A stretch of 64,000 bases of DNA from an uncultured delta proteobacterium (GCA_963840855.1 CAWJBB010000062.1:64001-128000), one strand, 5' to 3'. Shown: positions 30,829 through 42,354, numbered from the stretch's first letter. Notes: generated by a model not told the origin, from the letters alone. Program-made: numbers and translations.

Positions 30829-32583
30829 CTACTCGGCATACTGGCTATATAAACCCTCGATTTCCTGTTTTACCCGGCTGATTTTCTTGGACAGCTCGTT
30901 GATCTGAGGGAGATTATTACGATTCGCTTCGATCACGAGTTGCTCGTTGTATTTCTTTAGCGCGTTTTCACTTCTCAGGATCTGGGCTTCGAGCTTTTCG
31001 ATTCTTGATCTTTCTCTGCGTTGCGCTTTCTCACGTTCTTTTTTCTGGCTGTAATTATTTAGCGACGTAGGCTTCTTCTGCGCGCCGCTGCCGTTGTTTT
31101 CGTCCTCCCAGCCGATCTTTTCTAAAAACTCGTCATAATCTGAATCGAAGACATCCACTCGGCCGCGGTGAAAGACGATCAGCTTTGTGGCCAGGGCGCG
31201 AAGAATCCGTTCGTTATGGGTGACAATCAATAAAGCGCCGGGAAAGTCTTGCAGGCTCTCGATTAAGGCGTCGATGGATTCCATGTCGAGGTGGTTATTG
31301 GGTTCATCCAATAAAAGCAGATTTGAGGGATGAGCGAGGATCTTGCCCAGGAGGGTTCGACTTTTTTCGCCGCCCGACAACACGGAAACTTTCTTTAGAG
31401 CCAAATCGCCGCCGAACATCATCGTGCCGCAAATGTTGCGCACCTGTGTGCGTGTCAGCGCCGGATTGGTCTGTTCAATTTCCTGTTCGATGGTCAACTT
31501 TGGATTGAGCCGTTGAATGTTGGTTTGGCCGAAGAATCCTAGTTTCATGTCGGGATGAGCCTTGATCTCCCCCGTCACCGGTTTGAGTCCGCCAGACAGT
31601 AGTTTTAACAGAGTCGATTTGCCTTTGCCGTTGTTGCCGATCACGCCGAATCTGTCGCGCGCGTTGATGGTCAGATTAATACGCCGAAACAAAGGATTGT
31701 CGGGCGTGTAGCCGAACGAAATATTGCGCGCCTCAAGCAAGGTTTTGGCGGCAAAGGCGGCGTGTCTGAATTCGAAATCCAAACACTCGATATCGGTTAG
31801 CCCGTCGAGTTTGGGGAGTTTTTCGAGCATCTTGATGCGCGACTGAACCATTTTGGCTTTTGCAGCCTGTGCTCGAAACCGATTGATAAAGGCCTCGGCG
31901 TGAGCCCGTTTGCGGTCTTCGTTGGCGCGGGTTTTTTCGTGAATCTCGTCTTCGAGGACGATTTGAGCATATGCTTTGGCGGTGCCGCCCTCGAATTTGC
32001 GAATTTTCTGGCGATGGATAACCGCGGTGTGCGTCGTGACGCTGTCCATAAAGCCACGATCATGAGAAATCAAAATGAGCTCGCCCTTAAAATTAGCCAG
32101 AAATCTTGCGATCCAACGAACCGACGTTATGTCGAGGTAGTTGGTCGGCTCGTCGAGCAAGAGCAGATTGGCCTCGCAGAGCAGCAGTTTCGCCAGGTTG
32201 ATGCGAATTTGAAAACCGCCGGAAAACTCGCGCGGTGCCTTTTCAAGATCGGCGTGGGAAAATCCCAGTCCGGATAAGATGGCTTCAGCCTTATAGATGG
32301 AATGGGATTCTTCTTCCGGCAGTCCTAAAGCCGCTTCCGCCAAAATCGTCGGTTGGGTAAAGTGCAGATGCTGCTCGAGATGGCCGATGCGATAGTTTCG
32401 CGGGATAGTGATCGCTCCGGAGTCGGGCTCTTCTTCTCCCAAAATGAGTTTAAAGAGGGTGGATTTGCCGTGGCCGTTTCGTCCGACTAAACCCAAGCGA
32501 TCGCCGGCATTCATCTGAAAGGTGACGTCAGTGAAAAGCTCACGAGCGAAATACGACTTAGAAAGTTGGTTGATCTTAATCAC
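30829..32583 (-). CDS. ABC-F family ATPase
   Basis: Two NBDs (GRNGHGKST...LLLDEPTN and GNNGKGKST...LLLDEPNN), no TM segments, C-terminal coiled coil. Confidence 0.92.
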   Translation of the reverse strand: MIKINQLSKSYFARELFTDVTFQMNAGDRLGLVGRNGHGKSTLFKLILGEEEPDSGAITIPRNYRIGHLEQHLHFTQPTILAEAALGLPEEESHSIYKAEAILSGLGFSHADLEKAPREFSGGFQIRINLAKLLLCEANLLLLDEPTNYLDITSVRWIARFLANFKGELILISHDRGFMDSVTTHTAVIHRQKIRKFEGGTAKAYAQIVLEDEIHEKTRANEDRKRAHAEAFINRFRAQAAKAKMVQSRIKMLEKLPKLDGLTDIECLDFEFRHAAFAAKTLLEARNISFGYTPDNPLFRRINLTINARDRFGVIGNNGKGKSTLLKLLSGGLKPVTGEIKAHPDMKLGFFGQTNIQRLNPKLTIEQEIEQTNPALTRTQVRNICGTMMFGGDLALKKVSVLSGGEKSRTLLGKILAHPSNLLLLDEPNNHLDMESIDALIESLQDFPGALLIVTHNERILRALATKLIVFHRGRVDVFDSDYDEFLEKIGWEDENNGSGAQKKPTSLNNYSQKKEREKAQRRERSRIEKLEAQILRSENALKKYNEQLVIEANRNNLPQINELSKKISRVKQEIEGLYSQYAE

Positions 32584-32828
32584 GATGGGTTGTTTCCATA
32601 GAGGATAGAGTTCCGTTAATCAGGCGAGCGGTTCGGAAATTTAGATTGGGCACGGTGCCAGGATAGCGCGGTCGAGCATGGAGATAATATTAGCAGGACA
32701 TTGGGCGTATTTCGAATCTGCGGAATCGACGGGGGTTCAGTTTCGCGAAATTGTTTCGGCGCATTCTACTTTCCCGCGGAGACTGCTTCCAGCAAAGAAC
32801 GACGATTATCTTACCCGTCCTGCAGAAC

Positions 32829-35297
32829 CTACTCCCTCCTATCTCGATTCTCCTGCCGCCGTTGCTCTTGCTTCTCCCTTAATAGCTCCAAGAGTCGCTC
32901 CTTCGTGAGTGGTCTTTCCAACTCCCTCGGTTCACGCTGCGTTTGTTCGGGTCGCGGCGCTTCACGCTGCAGGTCGCGGTTTGGCGCAGGCGGTGGCTTG
33001 GCTGTTTCTCCGAACAACCAATCTTTGAAGATTCCGCCGAACCATTCTTTGGCTGCGTCGAGATAAGGTTCCCAGATAGAGTCCTGCGGTCGTGCGAACG
33101 GAAACTCAATGTTGCCGTCGATCAACCGCGCCGCGAGCGTTTGCTGAAAAAAATCGCCAACCACCAGCAAGGCGTTATGCGCGCCCTCGCCCCAGTAGTT
33201 GCTGCGCATGGTGACCCGCGGATCGTTGAAGCCGACCCAGGACCCGGCGACGAGGCGCGGATGCATCAAGATAAACCAGCCGTCGGTATTCTTTTGCGTG
33301 GTTCCGGTTTTCCCCGCCACATCGGCGCGCACGCCAAACAGCGTTCGCACGGCTTGTCCGGTGCCTTGGTCGACTGCGCCGCGCAGCATGTTGATCAAAT
33401 TTCCCACGGTTTTTTCAGTCATGACGCGCTTGTTTTCGGTTGCGAACTGGGCGAGCACGTTGCCATTCTTGTCGGTGATGTGGGTGATATAGGTCGGCTG
33501 GCGGTATTCGCCGATGGCAGCGATGGTGCTGTAAGCGGAGACCATTTCCAACGGGGTAACCGGACTGGTCCCGAGCGCTAACGCCGGTACCTCGTCGAGC
33601 TTACTTCGGTTGACCCCCATGCTGCGCGCTAGCTGCGCGGTTTTTTTGGGACCGACTTCCTGCATGACCTGCGCGGTGATCGTGTTTTTCGAATAAATGA
33701 GACCCTCCCGCGCCGTCATGCGCTGACCGGTGGGCTCCGATAGATCGGAAGGACGCCATACGCTGCCGTCCGGCAGGGGAATTTCCACTGCGCGGTCGGT
33801 GAAGCGTTTATCCGGTGACATCCCCTGCTCGAGCGCCGCGCCGTAAACAAACGCTTTAAACGTGGAACCCGGTTGTCGCCTGGCCTGCGCCACATGATCG
33901 AATTGGTCGGTTTTGAAGTCGCGGCTACCGACCCACGCCTTAACGTGACCGGTGGTCGGATCGATGGCCACAAAGCCGGCCTGCAAACGCGTTTTTTCGG
34001 CACGCAGCTTAGCGATGAATTCACGATTGCTCTTGAGCTCCGCCAGGGCAGCTTCAGGCGCCGTGCCGGAATCAACCGCGCTGCGGTAAGCCGCGGATTC
34101 CCGAATGAACAAATCGACCAAGCCAGCCTTGGTTTTCCAAAAAAATCCGAAAGGCTGCACACGCCGGCGCAGATCGACGTACGCGTTGGCGCTCGACGAT
34201 ATCAATCGCTCGGAACTCAGTCCCCACTCGACATCGGCGACAGCCTGCAAGGCCTCCATTTGGCGGTTTACGGCTTGATTGGCAAGCGCCTGCAAACGCG
34301 AGTCGATGGTGGTGTACACGATCAATCCGTCGGAATAGATGTCGTGGTCGTTACGATCGGCCCAATCGATCAGCCATTTACGAATGTGCGCGGCGAGATG
34401 AGGAGCGGGACCGACTGCTTCGGGCTGGCGTTCAAAATCGAGCCGGATCGGCTGGGTTTTTAGCCTATCGAAATCCGCCTGGCTCAACACCTCGCGCTTG
34501 ACCATTTGCGACAGCACCACATTGCGGCGCCGAAGCGCGCGCTCGGGATTGAGCACCGGGTTGTAGTAGCTGGTGCCTTTCAACATGGCGATCAAGGTCG
34601 CGCTTTCGATGACATTTAGTTTTTGGGCGGGCTTGTCGAAGTACGTGCGCGCCGCCATTTCGATACCGAATGCGTTGTACAAAAACGGCATGCTGTTGAG
34701 ATACGTTTCTAATATTTCTTTCTTTGTATAGGCGTATTCGATTTTAATCGCAGTGATCGTCTCCTTTATTTTCCGTGTCACCGTCCGTTTGCGGCCAATT
34801 TCCTCCGGGTATAGGTTGCGCGCGAGTTGCTGGGTCAGAGTCGAACCGCCCTCCGGGTCGCCGATCAAGGCGCGCAAGACGCCAGTCGCGGCGCGCTGCA
34901 AGTCAATGCCGTAGTGCTGGTAAAAGCGGTGATCTTCGGTGGCGATCAGCGCGTTGATCACATGCGGCGAGACTCGATTTAGCCCGACCCAATCGCGGTT
35001 CATCGGCTTAAAAGTGGCCAGGCGCTTGCGATCGGATGAGATCAACACGCTGGGCTGGTCGATTTTGGCTTTCCGTAGATCGGAAATACTCGGCGTGAAC
35101 GGGATCAAAATGACCGCGTACGCGGATAACAGGGTTAAGCCAAGCGCGCCTAAAGCGGCCAGACCTTTGGCGCCACAAAACAGCCGGACCCGCATACTCA
35201 AGGTCGGATCGATCACAGCCCTGAAGTAGCCTGAGAGCCGCCGGTACAAGCGCGTAACGAGTCCGGGAGACCTCATGGTTTCATCCGATTGCTTCAT
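32829..35297 (-). CDS. Class A penicillin-binding protein (PBP1A family)
   Basis: EDHRFYQHYG, GGSTLTQQL, RKIKE, then STFK, SKN and KTG transpeptidase motifs. Confidence 0.93.
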   Translation of the reverse strand: MKQSDETMRSPGLVTRLYRRLSGYFRAVIDPTLSMRVRLFCGAKGLAALGALGLTLLSAYAVILIPFTPSISDLRKAKIDQPSVLISSDRKRLATFKPMNRDWVGLNRVSPHVINALIATEDHRFYQHYGIDLQRAATGVLRALIGDPEGGSTLTQQLARNLYPEEIGRKRTVTRKIKETITAIKIEYAYTKKEILETYLNSMPFLYNAFGIEMAARTYFDKPAQKLNVIESATLIAMLKGTSYYNPVLNPERALRRRNVVLSQMVKREVLSQADFDRLKTQPIRLDFERQPEAVGPAPHLAAHIRKWLIDWADRNDHDIYSDGLIVYTTIDSRLQALANQAVNRQMEALQAVADVEWGLSSERLISSSANAYVDLRRRVQPFGFFWKTKAGLVDLFIRESAAYRSAVDSGTAPEAALAELKSNREFIAKLRAEKTRLQAGFVAIDPTTGHVKAWVGSRDFKTDQFDHVAQARRQPGSTFKAFVYGAALEQGMSPDKRFTDRAVEIPLPDGSVWRPSDLSEPTGQRMTAREGLIYSKNTITAQVMQEVGPKKTAQLARSMGVNRSKLDEVPALALGTSPVTPLEMVSAYSTIAAIGEYRQPTYITHITDKNGNVLAQFATENKRVMTEKTVGNLINMLRGAVDQGTGQAVRTLFGVRADVAGKTGTTQKNTDGWFILMHPRLVAGSWVGFNDPRVTMRSNYWGEGAHNALLVVGDFFQQTLAARLIDGNIEFPFARPQDSIWEPYLDAAKEWFGGIFKDWLFGETAKPPPAPNRDLQREAPRPEQTQREPRELERPLTKERLLELLREKQEQRRQENRDRRE

Positions 35298-35595
35298 AGT
35301 TCAGCGATGAGTGAAAAGTCCCGACGGTGGTTAGACGTACGGAGCACCCGATGATTATTTTACCAGTTCGATAGAAAGGGTTCAGCCCCTTGCCTGATGG
35401 GGGCCGGGCAGATCGGCCCAAAGCAGTCGAGGGATTATATGGAGGTCACTCATTAGAAGGCAGGTCAAGAAGCACAGAGGAGAAAATGTAACGGGAATCT
35501 TTTGTCGCCTTGGACGTGCAGATAAAGCTTCTTTGCGTGCTCTGAACGAACCGCCAAGGGGTATACGGCTCTCTTAAAGTGCGCTACCTAAGCCG

Positions 35596-36726
35596 TTACC
35601 TGACGTCGGCCTTGGGAAAGCCGTATGCTTCCACGATCATCTTTATCCGTTCCGGTGACTTGTGATAGGTGCGAAAATCGTTCAGCGAAACTTTTTTTCC
35701 TTTTAGCAATCTGGCGATCTCGCCGTCGGCGAAGACATTCGACTTGAGGGGGTTGAATTCATCGATGATTTTCTGCGCCTCAGGACTGGCATTGTGCTCG
35801 AGAAACAGAAGCGCGCGAGAAGGGTTTGGGGCGGATTGCAGAACTCCGTCAACGTCCTGGATTTTTGCCGGTACGGGTTCAATAATTTTACAGCCGAGGG
35901 ATTTGGTGACGTCCTTTGCGGCGGCGCGCATGCAGGAATGGTATTGCGTCATCTGATGGAGATCGTATTCGCCGGCAATGATCCCGCTCATGGCGCGTGT
36001 CTGGCCTCGAACCCAGATGGGTTCCTGTTCCTTGATCTTACGGGCATAGTTTTTGACCCACTCTTCACCCATGGCGGGCACGAGGGCGGCGAGGCAGTAG
36101 GGCCGGATATCGACAAGCATCTTTCGTCCCTTGAACTCCGGCTTCAAGAAGTCTTCCCACGTATTCGGGACCTTGTCGGCGGCAAGCTGTTTCTTGTTGT
36201 ACGCGATGGAGCAGAGCGCAGAGCCGATGCTCACCACGCTGCGGTATTCGGGATCAACCATCTTGGGGTTGATCTTCAAGACTCCCTGCTCCACCATCCC
36301 TAAGACATCGAGTTTCTTCGCATACGGCGCATAGTCGTTATAAAAATCTTCCGGGAGGTGTAGCGTATCCCATTCCTTGACCGTTCCCGCCTTGAGCTCC
36401 AAGAGAAAGCGTTGGGCCGTGTCTGTCCCCGTCATCTCCTGGATTTCAATATCCGCGAAGGGGTATTTCTTTTTGAAAGAGGCCATGAGGGGCTTGAACG
36501 TATTCGGGTCCAATGAACTTTGGGCGCGAAGTTTGCCCTCTCTCTTGGCGCTGGCAAGGATTTCGTCATGGCTGGTAATGAAGGCATAACCCTTGGCATC
36601 AGCCGCTTGCTTAGCTTTCTGGAGTGCAGCGGCGGTTACCGAGGCGGCGAATGCCGGCGCGGCGAATAGCCACGAGCCCAGAAAGAACAACACGGTTACA
36701 ATTGTGGTAGCTATCATGTTTTCCAA
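35596..36726 (-). CDS. ABC substrate-binding protein (Fe3+/thiamine-type extracellular solute-binding family)
   Basis: Signal peptide, AKREGKL, FKKKYP, IAYNK, PNTWEDFLKPEFKG, APNP..A.LF. Confidence 0.8.
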   Translation of the reverse strand: MENMIATTIVTVLFFLGSWLFAAPAFAASVTAAALQKAKQAADAKGYAFITSHDEILASAKREGKLRAQSSLDPNTFKPLMASFKKKYPFADIEIQEMTGTDTAQRFLLELKAGTVKEWDTLHLPEDFYNDYAPYAKKLDVLGMVEQGVLKINPKMVDPEYRSVVSIGSALCSIAYNKKQLAADKVPNTWEDFLKPEFKGRKMLVDIRPYCLAALVPAMGEEWVKNYARKIKEQEPIWVRGQTRAMSGIIAGEYDLHQMTQYHSCMRAAAKDVTKSLGCKIIEPVPAKIQDVDGVLQSAPNPSRALLFLEHNASPEAQKIIDEFNPLKSNVFADGEIARLLKGKKVSLNDFRTYHKSPERIKMIVEAYGFPKADVR

Positions 36727-36942
36727 CCTCCTCGGCGACGCGATCTGCTAGTCGGAAATTGGGGCACGGAAATGGACGGACGTTGCATTGTAATTGGAGT
36801 ATTCGTTCGGAGAATATGAGATTAGTCGATCGCTGTCAAAGTGATTCCAACTCCTGTTGTAGCATGGTGATCACGTCTGGGTGTGGAAGCAATGCTTGAC
36901 TGACGGTTGACTGCCTCTGGGGTTTCATCCAGACTATAAACC

Positions 36943-37881
36943 ATGGCAGTGGAAAAAGTCATCATTGCTCAGCCCCGCGGCTTCTGCGCCGGCGTGGACA
37001 TGGCAGTGGAAACCGTCGAGCGCGCGCTCGCGCGCCACGGCGCGCCGATTTATGTGTTCCATGAGATCGTGCACAACAAATATGTGGTCGAGAATTTTAC
37101 GGCGCGCGGTGTGCGCTTTGTTCAGTCCATCGATGAGGTTCCCACGGGCGCAAAATTGGTTTTCAGCGCTCATGGCATATCTCCCTCGGTGTGGCAACGG
37201 GCCAGAGAAAAACGGCTGGAAATCGTCATCGACGCCACTTGTCCGCTGGTAGAAAAAGTCCATCGCGAAGTGCGCAAATTCGCCGCGCAGGGCTACTGGA
37301 TCATTCTCGTCGGTCACGAAAATCATGACGAGATCGTCGGCACCAGCGGCGAAGCGCCGGAGCGCATCCGAATCGTGGCTAATGTCGATGACGCCAACCG
37401 GGTTGAGATTCCTGAACCCGAGAAGGTCGTGGTGCTAACGCAAACCACGCTCAGTGTCGACGACACTCGCGACGTTATCGATACACTCAAACGGCGCTTT
37501 CCCAAGCTCGTCACCGCGGCCAAAGAAGACATCTGCTATGCGACGCAAAACCGCCAGGACGCCGTTAAGCAGCTAGCTAAGGAAGTCGATCTGGTGCTGG
37601 TGATTGGCTCGCGCAATAGCGAAAATTCCAATCAGCTCCGAAAAGTCGCCCAAGCTCAGGGAGTGAAAGCTTATCTTGTGGATGATCACCGGACCATAAA
37701 TCCAAAATGGCTGGATGGTATTCGCCGCCTTGGTATTACTTCGGGTGCGTCAGTGCCGGAGCACTTGGTGCAAGAAGCCGCTGAGTTCTTCAAGACTCAA
37801 GGCGCGCAAATTTCGACCCTGGGGTTTACGGAAGAAAATATTCGCTTCAGCCTACCCAAAGAGATATCGGATTGCGCTTGA
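36943..37881 (+). CDS. ispH: 4-hydroxy-3-methylbut-2-enyl diphosphate reductase
   Basis: PRGFCAGV, EIVHN, SAHG, DATCPLV.KVH, QTTLS, DICYATQNRQ. Confidence 0.97.
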   Translation: MAVEKVIIAQPRGFCAGVDMAVETVERALARHGAPIYVFHEIVHNKYVVENFTARGVRFVQSIDEVPTGAKLVFSAHGISPSVWQRAREKRLEIVIDATCPLVEKVHREVRKFAAQGYWIILVGHENHDEIVGTSGEAPERIRIVANVDDANRVEIPEPEKVVVLTQTTLSVDDTRDVIDTLKRRFPKLVTAAKEDICYATQNRQDAVKQLAKEVDLVLVIGSRNSENSNQLRKVAQAQGVKAYLVDDHRTINPKWLDGIRRLGITSGASVPEHLVQEAAEFFKTQGAQISTLGFTEENIRFSLPKEISDCA

Positions 37882-37887
37882 ACTGCC

Positions 37888-38352
37888 ATGGAACGGCGCA
37901 GCATTAAGGATCTTTCTTCAGCAATTGCTCTCGCTGCGTTTGGGCTCTACGTGACCATTGAAGCCGCGCGCTTTAGCTATCTAACCGAGGATGGTCCCGG
38001 TCCCGGTTTCCTGCCCCTTTGGTTGGGCATTGCCATCTGTAGTTTGTCCTTGTGTTTGATGGTCGTTAATCAGCTTCGTGCGGCGGAGAAACCGCTTGGC
38101 AGGGAGCGCGACTGGTCCTCTGGATCCCGAGCGATGTCCGGCTGGCTGGCGTTCATGGGGGCGGTTTTACTATTTCCGTTCTTGGGGTTCACTCTCTGCC
38201 TGGTGCTACTGACCGTATTTCTCATCGCATTGATGGAGCGACGGTCGATTTGGAGCGCTGTCCTCGTCGCGCTGGGACTCGGCATCGGGTTTCACCTGAT
38301 ATTCGTCGTTGCTCTGGGACTTTCCTTACCGAAAAGCCCTTTGGGTTTTTAA
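37888..38352 (+). CDS. tctB: Tripartite tricarboxylate transporter small membrane subunit
   Basis: About 4 TM segments, GPGPGFLP, F...LG..LP. Confidence 0.85.
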   Translation: MERRSIKDLSSAIALAAFGLYVTIEAARFSYLTEDGPGPGFLPLWLGIAICSLSLCLMVVNQLRAAEKPLGRERDWSSGSRAMSGWLAFMGAVLLFPFLGFTLCLVLLTVFLIALMERRSIWSAVLVALGLGIGFHLIFVVALGLSLPKSPLGF

Positions 38353-38366
38353 GAGGCAAACCAGAA

Positions 38367-39878
38367 TTGGACGCGCTTGACAACCTTCTGTTGGGATTTT
38401 CGGTGGCCCTTAGCCCCGCCAATCTGTTTTGGTGCTTCGTTGGAGTTTTTCTCGGAACTATCGTGGGGATCCTTCCCGGATTGGGACCGCCGGCGACCAT
38501 CGCCATGCTCCTTCCACTGACGTTTAAATTGGATCACACCACCGCCATCATCATGCTCGCCGGCATCTACTATGGCGCCAAGTACGGCGGTTCCACGACG
38601 TCCATCTTGCTCAACGTGCCGGGCGAGTCGGCTTCAGTGGTCACCTGCCTCGATGGGTACCAAATGGCCAGGCAGGGCCGGGCCGGCGCCGCATTGGGCA
38701 TCGCTGCGATCTCCTCCTTCGTCGCCGGTACATTCGGCGTGTTGGGCTTGATGCTGGTCGCGCCTCCCCTGGCGCGCTTTGCGCTCAAATTTGCGCCGCC
38801 TGAGTATTTCGCGCTCATGGCCCTGGGCCTCGCCATGGTGGTATTTCTGGCTGGCAAGTCGATGCTCAAGGCGCTGCTCGCGATGCTCGTGGGCCTCTGG
38901 TTTGCGACCGTAGGCACGGATCTATTCAGCGCCGAATCGAGGTTTACGTTCGGCAGATTCGAGCTCCTCGACGGCATCGATTTTATCGTCGCAAGCATCG
39001 GTATCTTCGCTGTCGGCGAAGTACTCGCCAATTTGGAAACCCGCGGCGGGACTGAATTATTTAAAGTTTCCGGGCGCCTCAAGAGCCTGCTTCCGACACT
39101 TGAAGAGATAAAGGCTTGCCGATTCGCGTTCGTGAATGGTTCGCTGGTGGGATTCATTATCGGCGTCCTGCCGGGAGCGGGTTCCACCATTTCGTCGTTC
39201 ATTTCCTACGGCTTGGAGAAAGCGGTTTCAAAGCATCCCGAGAAATTCGGCACCGGCGTGATAGAAGGCGTGGCGGCGCCGGAAGGCGCCAACAACTCGG
39301 ACACCTGCGGTTCGCTGGTGCCGCTGTTGACACTCGGCATTCCAGGATCGAATACGACGGCGATTCTGCTTGCGGCGCTCATTCTCTGGGGATTCAGGCC
39401 GGGGCCGCTCCTGATTCAAGATAATCCCACTCTTTTTTGGGGCCTGGTTGCGAGCATGTATATCGGCAACATCATGCTGTTGATCTTGAACCTGCCGCTG
39501 GTGCCGCTCTTCGCCCAGATCCTGCGGGTACCCTATTATGTTCTCTACCCTGCGATTCTCGGCGTATCCATCGTCGGCGCCTACAGTGTGAGTAGTAGTT
39601 TATTCGATGTTTGGATGCTGGGTTTTTTTGGGCTTCTGGGTTACGTTATGCGCAAGCTGGATTTTCCCGCGGCGCCACTAGTGCTTGGATTGGTGTTGGG
39701 CGATGGTCTGGAGCGGGCGCTGCGCCAATCGCTAATGATGTCCCAGGGTGATTTGTCGATTCTAGTGACCAGACCGCTTTCGGTGACGATGCTGCTACTG
39801 ACCTTGGTCATCATATTGATGCCGCTTTTGCGAAAGGTGAAACAGTGGCGCTTGAAAACGGCCGGTGAAGAAGCTTGA
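38367..39878 (+). CDS. tctA: Tripartite tricarboxylate transporter large membrane subunit
   Basis: GILPGLGP, YGGSTTSILLNVPG, DGYQMARQG, APEGANN, LTLGIPG. Confidence 0.95.
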   Translation: MDALDNLLLGFSVALSPANLFWCFVGVFLGTIVGILPGLGPPATIAMLLPLTFKLDHTTAIIMLAGIYYGAKYGGSTTSILLNVPGESASVVTCLDGYQMARQGRAGAALGIAAISSFVAGTFGVLGLMLVAPPLARFALKFAPPEYFALMALGLAMVVFLAGKSMLKALLAMLVGLWFATVGTDLFSAESRFTFGRFELLDGIDFIVASIGIFAVGEVLANLETRGGTELFKVSGRLKSLLPTLEEIKACRFAFVNGSLVGFIIGVLPGAGSTISSFISYGLEKAVSKHPEKFGTGVIEGVAAPEGANNSDTCGSLVPLLTLGIPGSNTTAILLAALILWGFRPGPLLIQDNPTLFWGLVASMYIGNIMLLILNLPLVPLFAQILRVPYYVLYPAILGVSIVGAYSVSSSLFDVWMLGFFGLLGYVMRKLDFPAAPLVLGLVLGDGLERALRQSLMMSQGDLSILVTRPLSVTMLLLTLVIILMPLLRKVKQWRLKTAGEEA

Positions 39879-39913
39879 TGCGAATTACGGTAAAAAGGCA
39901 AAAAGGAGATCTT

Positions 39914-40891
39914 ATGGAACGAAGCATATGTTCGCTGAGCGCGATTTTCCTCGTATTGGCGTTAGCGGCGCCGCTATCCGCGCAGTCGTTTAAGCCTACG
40001 AAGCCCATCGAAGGGGTCGTGCACACGGGCCCGGGCGGCGGCTCGGACATCTTGGCGCGGGCAATTGCCGAAATGATGGAGAAAGAAAAACTCCTGCCGC
40101 AACGCTTGCAGGTGGTCAATAAGTCCGGCGGCAACAGCGCCACCGCCATGGCGTACCTGGCGGAGAAAAAGGGCGAGACCCATACCATCGGATTCTTCAC
40201 CGGGGTCTGGGTTACCAATCCTTTAACAACCCTGGAGGCGAAGGTCATGATCAACGATCTGACCCCCATGGTCCGTTTGGTTTTGGAGCCTGCAGTGGTG
40301 GCCGTCAAGGCGGATTCGCCATACAAAAACATGAAGGACTTGATCGAGGCGGCCAAGAAAAGCCCTGGCCAGCTGAAGCAGTCGGGGGGCTCCGTCACCG
40401 GTCGAGATAACTTGGTGCGTCTGGTGATTCAGAAGGCCACCGGGGCCAAATGGGTGTACGTCTCCTTTCCGAGCGGCGGAGAGCGGATTGCCAATTTGCT
40501 TGGCGGGCATGTGCAGTTGATGGTGATCGAGCCGCAGGAGGCCGGTGAGCATATCAAGGCGGGTAATCTGAGAGTCATTGCCGCCTTGACGGAAAAACGC
40601 TTGCCGTCGTTTCCCGATGTCCCAACCTTGAACGAGCAAGGCATCGACGTGCCGGTCATACCCCAGACGCGCGGGGTGGTGGCGCCGCCGGCGGTTCCAA
40701 CGGAAGTGGTGCAGTACTGGGAAGGAGTTTTTGATCGCTTCACCAATACGGCAAGTTGGAAAAAATATCTCGAGCAAAATCAGTTCGAAGACGGCTACCT
40801 CAAAGGTCCGGGGTTGAATAAATTCTTTGATAGTCTGACCGAACAAATGCGCGAGGTACTCAAGGAAGCCGGCGCCAAAGTCGTGCGCTAA
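39914..40891 (+). CDS. tctC: Tripartite tricarboxylate transporter substrate-binding protein
   Basis: Signal peptide, GPGGGSDILAR, VNKSGG, LLGGHV, PDVPTL.EQG. Confidence 0.9.
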   Translation: MERSICSLSAIFLVLALAAPLSAQSFKPTKPIEGVVHTGPGGGSDILARAIAEMMEKEKLLPQRLQVVNKSGGNSATAMAYLAEKKGETHTIGFFTGVWVTNPLTTLEAKVMINDLTPMVRLVLEPAVVAVKADSPYKNMKDLIEAAKKSPGQLKQSGGSVTGRDNLVRLVIQKATGAKWVYVSFPSGGERIANLLGGHVQLMVIEPQEAGEHIKAGNLRVIAALTEKRLPSFPDVPTLNEQGIDVPVIPQTRGVVAPPAVPTEVVQYWEGVFDRFTNTASWKKYLEQNQFEDGYLKGPGLNKFFDSLTEQMREVLKEAGAKVVR

Positions 40892-40984
40892 ATCGTGCTT
40901 CGTGTTCGTTGCGTTCCGTTTCGTTCGAAGAAACGCAGCATCGACTGCACGAGCAACGAGACACTGAAACTTGGACCAATCGCC

Positions 40985-42354
40985 ATGAACGCCACTCAAC
41001 GCCTCGCGAACTACGCCGTGACACCTTCGCTACAGTCAGATCCCGCGTGAAGCGATCGACCGGGCCAAGGCTTGTATACTGGATATTTTAGCGGTGTCCC
41101 TTTACGGGTCGACCAAGCCGTGGAGCCGGGCCGTTGTCTCGTTTGTCCGCGCCTCGCGCGCTAAAGGTCGTTCGACCGTATTTGGCGAGCGATGGAAAGC
41201 AACTGCCGCCCAAGCGACGCTTGCCAACGGCGCCATGGCTCACGCCTTCGAGCTCGACAACGTCCGTCAACCCGGAGCCGGTGTCCACCCTGGAGCGACT
41301 GCGTTTTTGCCCGCGTTGGCAATGGCGGAAGAGACAAGAGCCGATGGTAAAGCGCTGCTGACCGCTTTCGTAGCGGCGTGCGAGGTGGTGTCTCGGATCG
41401 GCGTTGCCGCGGGAAACTCATTGGAGAAAAGGGGTTTTCATGCGCCGGCATTAACCGGAACCTTCGGCGGTGCCGCAGGGGCAGGCAGGCTTCTCGGTCT
41501 GGACGAAAAACAGATGGTGAATGCCTTCGGTATCGCCGGTTCCTATTCCGGCGGGCTCATGGAGTTCTCCCGCTGCAAAGAAGGCGCGATGATCAAGCGC
41601 CTCCATATGGGCAAAGCCGCGGAGGGCGGGGTGAATGCCGCTCTGCTGGCGAGCAAGGGATTCGCCGGCCCGGAGAGCGTGCTGGAAGGAAAATTCGGAT
41701 TCTGCCACGTCTTCTCGGACGCGCCGCAGCTTGCCGCTCTGACGCGCGGTTTAGGGCGCGATTTTGAGTCCATGAATATCGGCATCAAACGTTATGCTTG
41801 CCACATCAACGCCCATGCCCCGATTGAAGGCCTGACCAAGCTCAGAGCAGATCATCAATTTGGCCCCGCGGACATCAAAGAGATCACTGGTTGGCGGTAT
41901 TGAAAAGCTCGTGACGCATCACGCCATTTATGCGCCGACTGATCTCATGGCGGCGCAATACAGCATCCCCTTCTGTGTTGCTTTAAGTCTATATGATGAT
42001 CCGATGGATCCGGGTTCTTTTGACGAAAAGAGAGTTAGGGACAAAGAAATCCTCGCAACGACTCGACGGGTGCGGCTCAAGATCGACGATGAGATTGAGC
42101 AGAAACATTGGGACAGAGCGGCGCGAGTGACAGTCCAGCTCAAAGACGGCCGGCGCTTTGCCGCCCTGATCATTCACTTTCGCGGCGCGCCGAAGAATCC
42201 CCTCAGTCAGGTAGAGCTTGAGGACAAGGCAAAGCGGTTGACGAAGTCCCTGCTCGCGCCCAAAACATTCGACCGGCTGGTTGAATCGGTTTTCACGCTG
42301 GAGAAAGAAAAGAAAGTCTCGGCGTTGAGCTCGCTGCTCCGAGGTAATCGGTGA
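40985..42354 (+). CDS. MmgE/PrpD family protein, frameshifts near 41025 and 41890
   Basis: Repaired N-terminus MNATQRLANYAVTLRYSQIPREAIDRAKACILD, then NGAMAHAFELDN, HPG, KRLH.G.AA, KRYACH, AQYSIP. Confidence 0.85.

Noticed and set aside
35300-35595. Intergenic regions (also 3395-3612, 20500-20800, 32584-32828) as tRNA, ncRNA or riboswitch
   Set aside because: No cloverleaf or recognisable conserved RNA motif by eye. An Rfam/Infernal scan would be needed to exclude them.
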